Shown: positions 53,956 through 64,000 of the stretch, piece after piece
Numbering within the stretch: position 1 is the stretch's first letter
Layout: every line of letters starts with the position of its first letter
Assembly: GCA_050084985.1 (NCBI GenBank)
Contig: JBITNC010000001.1
Span: forward strand, 159,340,001-159,404,000
Reading direction: 5' to 3'
Origin: Nageia nagi
Taxonomy: Eukaryota > Plantae > Pinophyta
Length of the DNA: 64,000 nt
The notes under the pieces: model-generated
What the model was told of the DNA's origin: nothing
Database searches by the model: none
The model's input: the letters and a program-made list of their open reading frames with translations, nothing else
Program-made: the position numbers and the translations under genes

Positions 53956-54369
53956 AATTATATGTATTTTAATACATTAATCTTTATTTTTCATACAAAT
54001 TGGTGAATCCAACTCTTTGTTTTTATTTTGTGTGCTCTTTTTACCAAAATCCCAGGTTATTTATTTTAACCCCTTTGTTTTCTTTTAAAACCTTAATTTG
54101 AAAAGCCTTTTGTTTTCTAAATTTAGGGTATCATATTTTTGGCAAACTCTATTTTTTTCCTTTGGTTTTCTTCACTCTTATTTGCACCACCTTTGGAACT
54201 TTTAAATTTGATGGATCTTATACTAGTACCAAATCGATATTTTGGCATCTATGCCTAGAAATTGAAGCTCGCTTATAGCCAACATAGATACCAACTTTAT
54301 TATAGCCTATATTATCCCTTATCCCATTTCATCACCACCTACGTCCCTGCCACTATTGTTTGTTGTTAT

Positions 54370-54850
54370 TGTTAGAATAAATAATACATTATTAAATATA
54401 TACATTAGCTATTTATGAAGCATAACTTAAGTAAATAATACATTAGAATTATTATTAATGTTAGGTTTATTAATATTAGGGCACATAAGGTTGAGTTGGT
54501 TATTATATGAAAATGTAACTCCCAAGAGTGAATGTATTTAATATTTTCTTCCAAGTAATTGAATCAATATGACTTCTCTCAAATCCAATATGGTATCAGA
54601 GTAAAGTTTATTCTCTTCCTTCTCTCCTCAATTTGCTTGGTGAAGTTATGGTTGCTTTCCATAGCCTAGGGATGATTGTGATGGAGAAGTGAAGAATAAG
54701 AAGATACTTGAAATAAATCCATTTTGTGTTCAAGAGTTAGAGCAAGAGAGTGGAGTGAAGAGATTTTCCTAGCAAATTCATCCACCCTACCGAATAAAAA
54801 TGAACCCTATTACAAAATGTTGAAGAGCATACAAAGTTGTGTGACTATGT
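54370..54850 (+). mobile_element. Truncated copia 5' end (LTR 54370-54590, PBS, leader), same family as element 1
   Basis: TGTTAGAATAA...; PBS TGGTATCAGAGT at 54591-54602. The LTR and leader align with the reverse complement of ~12400-12703. Confidence 0.8.
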
Positions 54851-57037
54851 GTTTGCAATTCATAAACATTAGTAAAGGTAACTAGACTTGGTTGAACTAC
54901 CCTGTCACTAGTCTAAAGCAAATCTACCCTCCCTTGCATGTACCTCCTCCATCCTAGGTACTAATTTAGTGTTGTACCCATCTTGCTCCTCACATGATAT
55001 GCCTCCCAACCAATCACATGTAGAACACACAACATCATGACCTCCCACACTCCTCATGTTATCATCTCATGTAGCCTCCTTCATGATGCCTCTATTGTTA
55101 TCCCCCTCACATTGTCTAGTAGGCAACTACTCCTCATTGCCCATTGTGTAGCTATTTTTGAAGTGTAGTGAGTCAATTTGTAATATCCAAAACCCCATCC
55201 TCATGCTTATATTTTGAATGCATGCATGCTATAAAATTGTAACCCCCACGTGCACTATGCAAACTCCCAAAGAGATAAATCTAATATCCAAACTCCTCAT
55301 AGCACACAGTGCATCCGCTCTAAACCTCAGCTTCACACAACCATTCTACAGTTTCATGTTACTATCATAAACAACCATGAGCCCACAATGCATATATTGT
55401 TTTGCAGTAAGCAAATGTTGCATTGTGTTGGGAAGGAAATCTTTCCTCTTACTCTATAATCATCATGAAATGATCAAGATGGGAAAGCAACCCAATATTA
55501 GGTAAGAACATGTTACTGAAATCATCTTACAAGGACTAATACACAAAGGTTTCTTACAAAAGCTTATATCATTAATACAAGCTTGAATTGTGTAGGTCTT
55601 ATTTGGGAATCAACTAAGTGGTGGGGTAGAGGTGGTAACTATTAACACACATTATTATAGGGACTGAGGTGTTTATCATGCAATGTTTAAAAGTTGTTAT
55701 GGATTTTAAATAAATTAAAAATAAAGAAAAAGAAATAGTTGAGAACGAGGTGATAATTGGCTAGATTTTGAAGAGATTATCACAATGCAAGAATTGTCTA
55801 AACTTTATTTCTTTCATACCAGTTAAGAGATCTTGTTCAATTCAATCAAAATTTGAAAATAAAATGACTATTATCCAATCATTTCAAATAAGAGTAAAAA
55901 GCAAAGTTGATTGTCAGTTTTTTGTAAACAAGATTGAGAAATAAAAAAGAACTTAGAGTGGGTCACAAAAATAGATAGGTCTTGAATAAGAAGTTTAATC
56001 AGATAACATAAAAGGGTAAGTGCAAGAAGTTGAGTCCCACTTTTGTCCAACAAGTGGAAGTGTTTTCCTTGATTTTCACGTATCTCAAAATTTGAACCAC
56101 TTAGAGTTCGAATTATGAAAATAATCACTTGGGTAAAAATTTAGTACTCAAAGTCTAGTTTTCAAATATGTAATTTATTCCAATATGTAGATAATAGAAA
56201 TAAACTTTTGATAGATATGTTTAAAAGCCACTCTTTAAAAAATTTAGTTTGAGGACTATACCCCCATTGTGTCCCTCATGCATAATTGGACCTAAATTTT
56301 AATATTTTGCTAAATCCTTTTAGATACTGATACCTAAGACACTAAAGATTATGGAGGATATTTTTTTTGTAATTTTTTTATTAATATTTTATTGGTCTCG
56401 ATTGTTGTTTTGAAAAGTGCTCATTTCCCTCAAGCATAATTTGACCTAAACTTATCACTTCTTTTTAAGTTGTAGAGAATTTTATGCAGAATGTGGACAT
56501 TTTTTTTCATGATTCTAAAAAAAAATAAAAAGATATTAAATAATTATGAAACCCTACTTTTTGAATTTTATGGACCATCTTTCATTGCAAATTATATTAA
56601 AAATACTAAATCTAATCCAAATATAAAATAAAGATCATATTTGAAATCTTCACTCTCTCATCTGCAATCCTTCAAAATTTTGTGAAACAACTCTTTGAAA
56701 AATCTCATCAAATTTATTCCCAAAGTTGGAAAAGTCCATTGCCCTTACTAGGACCTTGAAGTTGTAGGTCCAAATCAAAGGGGTGGGTCACTAAAGCTAT
56801 TTTTGAGCCTAGAACCAAGGGAAAAAAGTGGGTGAAAATTTGAATTTAAAGACCAAGATCCCAACCCATATATAATAAAATATTTATATAAAAGTATTTT
56901 ATATTTTTTATTATATCCATCAATCTTGTATAGACTTTTGTGACCTAATTCTTCAATTTTATTTTCTTTTTGCAATTTTCCATTCATTTTTTGTGATTAT
57001 AATAATTTTAAAGCAAGGTTAGTTTTGAAAGGAGGTC

Positions 57038-60000
57038 ATGGGATCAAAAAAATTCAAGTAAGGAAAGATTCAAGGAACTTTACACCTGAACAAGAACAAG
57101 CATATAAAGAGAGATACACAATGAAAAAGAGAGAGAAGAGCATGTTTTAGGCAATTGAGGGATGTGGAAGCATTGAGTTTTACATAAAATGATCTAGAGG
57201 AGAACATTCAAGAGATGAATGTAAACAATGCACATGTGGAAGAGGAGACTACAATTGTAGAACCTTCAGATCCACCTATCGATATGAATCTACTAGGTAT
57301 GTCTACCAATCCACCTTTTGAAATGAATTCATTGGGTATGTCTTTAGATCCACCTTTGAAAGATAATAATAATATTTTTTTGAAAATGGAAGGTAATATC
57401 TTACATAAGTTTCTTGAAGATAAGCTTTTATCTCAAAGACATATAAGAACAGTTGCAAGTAATATACATGAGGAATATTTCAAAGATGAAGATTTAGGAG
57501 GTCAATGTCAACTCATGTTGCAATTAATGAGAATGAAAAAATAAGAAAGGTAATGAAAACCTTAGGATAATGTGAAATCAAACAAGGAAGATGAATCCCT
57601 TAAACAAGTTATGTCTACTGTTGCTAGTGCCATTAGTTCTATTGGAAAAAAGAGTAGATCTAAAGATAAGAATGCTGCACAATGAGCTATAACAAAGAAA
57701 AGAAAGGTTAGTGAATTGTTTGATGTGAGTTGTAAAATTATCCAAAGGGTTGTAAAGAGAAGATAAAGTATTGAAAGTGATCCAATCAACCAATGTTGGA
57801 GTTCTAGTGGTAGATTCCCAAGGTCTAACATGAAATTAACTAGCGAGATCAAGGCTATAATTGAAAATTTTTGGCCTGATAGAACAAGGGTATCACCACA
57901 TTCTAGAGATGTTTTAAAATTAAAACATGGGTCAAAATATCATGAATATCATCCAAAACACCTACTAGATATGACTCAATTTGAATTGTATCAACAATTT
58001 GTAGAAGAGGGAGTGTTACAACCATTTAATATTGAAATAAGTTGAAGATCATTTGAGAAATGCAAACCTTGTTTTGCCAAAATTAATTAGGAAAGAGTAA
58101 CTTGTTGTTGCAAAACTCATATGCAATTTCAATATTATTATGAGGCTTTTCTAAACATAGGTGGGAAGTTGCATACTAATGATTTGAGGTAAGAATGCAG
58201 TATTCATATACCAGTTGAAACCATCAAGGAGTTTATAGAAAGTTTGCTTTATCCACCCCCTCATGAGCAATCATTTTATTCCAATTCATATATTACAAGA
58301 TAATGTGATAAATGTTAGAAATTTTCATTACTAGGAGATTGTATGCATGAAATTTGAACAACAAGATGTGGATGTTAGAATATTCAAGAATGTTGAGTAT
58401 AATTTGATAGATGGAAAAACTAGAAAGCGTGTTGATTTGATCACTGAAAGTATAAAAGTGCATACATTCATGGATGATTTTAAGATAAAGTATCTACCAA
58501 AATATGTGAAACACTCCCAAAATGCTAGATGGCTTGATAGTCAATTTTGTCAATGTAGAAACGTATTTCTGGTTGGAACTATATTTTCAGTTGTTGACTT
58601 TACCAAAAATTATACTCTTAAACCATAAGAAGAAATTAAATATCAATATTATAATTCAATTCAAGTTGCCATTTTTGTCCATATTGTATATAGACATGGA
58701 AATGATAGTACTAAAGATAACAGAAATGTTTTAAGGGAGTACCATTTCTATGTAAGTGATAATCGATTACACTCACCATAGTTTTTCCAATATTATTTAA
58801 AGGTATTTTACAATAATTTGGATGAAAGAGGAATTCAGATGGCAAAACATTTCATATGGTCAGATAATTATGTGGGATAATTTAAAAATTCTTGAATGTT
58901 TTATTGGCTAAGTAGGGTTCATAAAGAAAAAATAATAAACATATATGGAGTTTTATTGAAGAAGGACATGGTAAAGAAGAACACGATGGAGCACATGCAT
59001 GTGTTAAAAGAGCTCTTTCTAGAGAGCAACTAAAATTTCGTGATGTAAGTAAATTTAAATATGCTCATGATATTGTGGAATGGTGTGGTAGAACATTATC
59101 TATAAGATCAAGTAAAAATTCTACAATTCACCAATACTTTTGGTTATTTGAAGAAGATAATATTTTGAATCATCTTGATTTAGATACAATCAATGGATCA
59201 ACAAAGTGGAATTCATTTAGGAGTTCAAAAGCAACCACTTTGACTATATAGATAAGGGAGCTTGCATCTTTTTATGAGATTTGTATTATAGGTGATTCAA
59301 AATAATGTGGAAATACAAAATGGGTTGAGGAATGGAAACAAATATCTTTGATGCCTTCACAAACTCATGATGATCAACAAGAAACAAGAATTGAAGTTAA
59401 ACTATTTGCATGAGAAGACTATGATCGTATTTCAGACCTTGTACACAAACGAAATTTTAAATTTAGCTTATTTATATTCTTGAAAATGTACACATGATTT
59501 TAATATATAAATTATGTTAGTTTTATACATTGAACACTTTAAATTGATAAAAATTTTGTTAGAGGATATGTGTATGCTATTGTTGCACCTAAAGGGAATG
59601 AAGAGGGAATAGGGTATTGGCTAGCTTGATGTGTTGAGAAAAAACATAAGTTAACTCAACCTTGATGTGACAATGATGGATTTCTTTATCCAATAGGTTT
59701 GTATATGTGTGTTTCTCAAGCAAGCTTACTATCTACTCTCTAGATATTTCTTTAGAGTATTTGTCATATTTTCTAAATTTTGATAATGATGGATAAATCA
59801 TGGTTATATCCAATAGGTTCTTTGGTATTTGTCAACACATGGCTATGAAAATATCTTACTAGGAAAGTAATTGGTTTGCCTGCATTTGAAGATTATGAAA
59901 TAAGTAAGAAGATTGTACATTACTCACATTTGATATTGACAACAAATATCAAACTATTCAGATATAAAGGGAGGCCTTTGAATAGAGTGTTGTGGACCCT

Positions 60001-60280
60001 TTCATTCGATGACCATGAGATGATTATAGATGCATTGCAAAAAGAGGATGTAGATGGTACAACTAATTGGAAAATAAAGGTAAGCTTAAACAGTGAATTA
60101 TTTGAATTTTCTAAATCAAATACAAACATGTTATATATATTTTACTCACATTCTTTGCACATTTTGTTGATAGTTGTAAGGAGAGGACTCACACAAGTAC
60201 ATCATTATTTTCAATCATTGAATGGTGTCTCTCAACACCACCTATCATTTTGGGAATTTGTGCCTAGAAGATCATGAATA
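57038..60280 (+). pseudogene. Sola2-like DDD transposase pseudogene, intron-containing
   Basis: RTRVSP..RDV, RSFEKCKP, RVTCCCKTH. Catalytic motifs VVDFTKNY (D at 58596), IWSDNYVG*FKN (~58863) and EGHGKEEHDGA..CVKR (~58985). Introns at about 59451-59562, 59697-59816 and 60080-60173. Confidence 0.85.
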
Positions 60281-61264
60281 TGATAAATAATTTATGACCT
60301 GTATATATTGCATGATGATATTTCATTTAAGGCTATATTATATAATGATATTTATATTTGAATTACATATATATATATTAATTTATGACATGTAAAGTTA
60401 CCCTAAATTTTAAACCCTAAACCCTTACTAGCTTATAAATTATCTAATAGTGTTTACATTGCTCAATCTTAGGTAGTTAAATGATCTATTGCATTAATAC
60501 AAATAGTTTATTAGTTGATAACATGTTGCATTGATACAAATAGTTGATGAAATTGCAATTGCATATGGGTGATATTATTATTTTCATTATCTTTCCTTTA
60601 TTTGTATTGATGGTCCTACATATTTATAAGTGCCTGAGAATGGGAACATTGAATTCATAGTATGATCATATATGTACAAGAGCATTCTAGTAGGGTATCA
60701 AACATGAACATACGAGTTTATTAATTTGTAAATAAAGATGTAAACATAGGAGAACTTTGAGTATGGGACATAGTTATAATTGCTTGTTGTTATATGAAAT
60801 AACTTACCAAATTCCAAGAATATATGCATGCAACATATAGATACATGAGGCCTAATATATGTGAGCAACATGCAAAACAAGAATGGATTATAGTTTTCTT
60901 GTAAATTTATTAGCTTACTAGATAAATTGTTATAGTTGTCTTGTATACATTTTTATAGTTCCATGGGCATAATGTAATGTGTGAATATTTATTTCATTAT
61001 TTGTTGGCATCTCTTTTTTATATCATGGTATGGTAGGCATTTTTACTTAATAAGATAAGACATGAAAGTTATCTTGGCCTTTGTAAAAGGCTCCTTAACT
61101 TCCCTCATTATCAACAACTAACTATGAAATGTAAGGTCTAAAGAGTTGTGCCTTCATAAGTAAACTAAATTTGATCCTAGAAAAGAAAAGTAGTACTGTT
61201 TAGGACTATGGAATGTATATGAGCTACATTTAGATATTATAATTTTTATAATAAATACTATGAC

Positions 61265-61660
61265 TTACCTAAAGGTTGTACTTCATTAAGGTTACATTTA
61301 AATTTCATTTCATTACTCAAGGTTGTATTTTATTAAGATTGTTTAAATAAGTGAACATTAGGAGTATTTTGTTACATACTTTACCTTAAGTCATTAATTT
61401 AGGTTGTATGAACATTAATCCATCTTTAAGTTGTACATTTTCACATTAAATTGAAAGTAAGTTGTACATTGCCTAATCCACCTTTAAATTTGTATATTTT
61501 AAATTATATATCATTACTTGGTTGTAAATTTCATTAAGGTTGTATTTAATTTACTTATTTGTATTTTATTAAGGTTGTTTTAGTGTTTTTGAATGAACTT
61601 ATATTAATTACACCCAAATTCAAAGTATATGAACATGTACATTACCTATCCACCTTTAAT
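61265..61660. repeat. Degenerate minisatellite of (a)aggttgta-containing units
   Basis: About 10 recurrences of aggttgta/agttgtac between the two convergent genes. Confidence 0.6.
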
Positions 61661-61751
61661 TACATCCAAATATAAACAAAAACATAAATTTGAATCTCAT
61701 CCATAAATTAAACATCTATTCTAGTTCACTAGGCATCAATCCTTCAACATA

Positions 61752-61792
61752 ATATATATATATATATATATATATATAGATAGATATATATA
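61752..61792. repeat. (AT)n/(AG) microsatellite
   Basis: Read directly from the sequence. Confidence 0.95.
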
Positions 61793-62029
61793 AACATGTA
61801 TATATCAATCCATCTACATCAATCAATGTAGATCAAAATATAAATATATGTATATCAGTTCTAATTTGAAAACTAAGCATACACACATGCACTCGAAAAC
61901 ATGTACTAGAGTATCAAAATAATAAGAATATACATATATTCCATGATATAGTCCATATGTACATTCATAAAACAAAAATGGACATTTATAAATCCATCCA
62001 CCTATATCAATCTATCTATCAAACTAGTC

Positions 62030-63760
62030 CTAACTAGGTGAAGGGTCATAGTCTAGACTCCTCTTTGTTCCATGTGATGTATCAGTGGAAATGTCTCCTA
62101 CTGTACAAAATAAATAAACTTAGAGTTAGTTCAATGTAATCATTATAAATTATCATATGAAATGTATGTATAATACATGTTTTAAAATGCATTATAAATT
62201 ACCATTATATCATGCTAAGAGATTGAAGGGTCAACCATTGTAGGCTGCTATAATAATTCATGAACCTCATGAGAAACTAAAGGTACAATCATTGTAGGCC
62301 ACTTTGATAAGTCATGCACCTCTTGAAAAAAAATAGTGTCAATTGAGCTCTATAAGAGATCAAATGAAACTTAAAAAAATTAAACTTAGTCATTATAAAT
62401 TTATAACCACGTCTATATCAAAAATGTAATCACAAAAATAAATTACAAATTACCATGAATGGATGCTAAGAGGTTGAAGGATCAACCACTATAGACTACA
62501 CATGTGATTTATGTACCTCACTAGTAAAAGCGGTATCAACAAAAATATCCTGAACCGTAAAAGCGTCATGGTTAACCTACAAGTGCATATATATAAACAT
62601 TCAAATTTTATTGAAATTTTATGATTTGATTTATACACATGCGAACTTGTTTAAATATTATAATATACATACCATGGATGGGTCAAAAGGTGTCTCATAC
62701 ATATATATTCCAAAGAAATCAATATGCTAACCTCAATCACCTAAAGATGTAGATCCATGCCTATATGCCTCATGCTCAGTATCACCAAATAACAAATGCA
62801 TAAATCCTCTTAAATTGGATGGGGTGGATGATCCATGATATATCATATGGAAAACACTACATCTATGAAGTGCAGATATCTCGAGTGAGATGTTAGTCCC
62901 TCCAACTCCATTAGGTCTTAATCCATCACCTCTAACCCCAATGAACTCAGTTGCCACATTGGAAGCTTCTTAAATGAGGTTCTTGGTAAGCTGACTCAAT
63001 GATCTAAGGGTTAAAACCATGGCTGTATAATGGACATGCATAGGTATAGAAGCTCTAAGAGGACTAACAAGAGGTGTAGCATGAGCAGGTAATCTAGGAT
63101 CAAGTTATGCCCCTAACCTCTGATGTAAACTATCCATACCAACACCATGAAAATCATGAATATCAAAATAATTGGGTTTTTTTCCAATAACAAACTCCAC
63201 ACATAAAAACTTAATGAAATAAAAGGGTACATAACTGCCACCACTATGTGGTGGATTATCAAACACCATCCACCATCTATCCCAAAAATGTGCAATGATC
63301 CCCTCATGCATACACCAAAAAATAGAAATTCTCTTTTGGGTGGGTGCCATTGGTTCTCCAATTCTAGGATTCCTAAAATATTTACCTAAATCCCCTTTTG
63401 TAATATGATAAGTCTCATCAATCTATCTTTGGGATAGGCCGTCACTATAATACCTCCTCCTCTCCTCTCTATGTGATTAGAAATCACCTATGGTCTGACT
63501 TATGGATGTAATTGTATCAACTACTGTTTGTAATAAAGTTGCAAACCATGTAAGGTGGGGGAGGGGATAACCCTATGCTACAATATCTATTGAATCCTAC
63601 CCTGAATATAGATGATGTTCTCAACTATATTGGTTCACAAGTGAGCTTCCTCAAGTAATGGGGGTTCTTGAGGCTCATGTGAAAGAGGTGAGCTATTTTG
63701 TGATGGATCCATGGGCATATATATACAAAGGGTCACTTGTATGAATTAACAATTATAAGA
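62030..63760 (-). pseudogene. Multi-exon accessory gene remnant, convergent with the Sola2-like transposase
   Basis: Protein-like segment FWCMHEGIIAHFWDRWWMVFDNPPHSGGSYVPFYFIKFLCVEFVIGKKPNYFD (63105-63350). Short downstream exons (~62672+, ~62453-62576, ~62203-62349, ~62030-62100) are bounded by GT/AG and AT-rich introns. Confidence 0.55.
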
Positions 63761-64000
63761 ATAAGTATAACTACATTAAATTTAAAGAGGTCTATAAGTA
63801 CTAATAATCTAGTTCAAATCTAGACAACATTAATCAAGCTAATAATTTGATATTCACCAAACATCCATACTAAATGAAATTTATAAAGGGTTTTAATAAA
63901 ACATAACTCAACCCAATTTTGAATTCATGTATACAACTCAAGTTCAATATATCAAATTAAAGGTTAATATAAATAATAAATAACATAATGCATTCTATGA

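Larger units (their letters stand above)
56251..64000 (+). mobile_element. Sola2-like DNA transposon, probably extending past the window end
   Basis: Candidate 5' terminus GAGGACTATA at 56251, then a transposase pseudogene and a convergent accessory gene. The right terminus and TSD are not visible. Confidence 0.62.

Noticed and set aside
60410-60425. Telomere-like aaaccctaaaccct
   Set aside because: Only about 2 units. Isolated telo-box motifs are common in plant TEs.

Overview
This AT-rich, CpG-depleted window looks like land-plant nuclear DNA. Gymnosperm-like is my inference, from the giant intron and old, heavily decayed transposons. The only intact host gene I can support is on the minus strand. 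It has two coding exons (46543-46396 and 31516-31368) joined across a 14,879-bp GT-AG intron and encodes a 98-aa, two-TM, conserved plant protein of unknown function, with probable 5'-UTR exons near 48.4-48.6 kb. The rest is transposon-derived. Bases 1-6.8 kb hold a duplicated retroelement-like unit. Three degenerate Ty1/copia elements follow (6.8-12.7, 12.7-16.3 and 18.9-26.7 kb), and the second has an internally inverted RT. There are two L1 ORF1-only remnants, one with an 18-bp TSD and poly-A tail. Inside the giant intron are an internally deleted hAT, an RTEX/L2-like LINE remnant and a triple nest (hAT in hAT in a tRNA-derived SINE, both 8-bp TSDs visible). From about 56.25 kb to the window end lies a Sola2-like DDD transposase pseudogene with spliceosomal introns and a convergent multi-exon accessory gene. 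Coordinates of decayed elements are approximate unless a TSD, LTR end or splice site is quoted. All family assignments come from recalled motifs; no database search was run.
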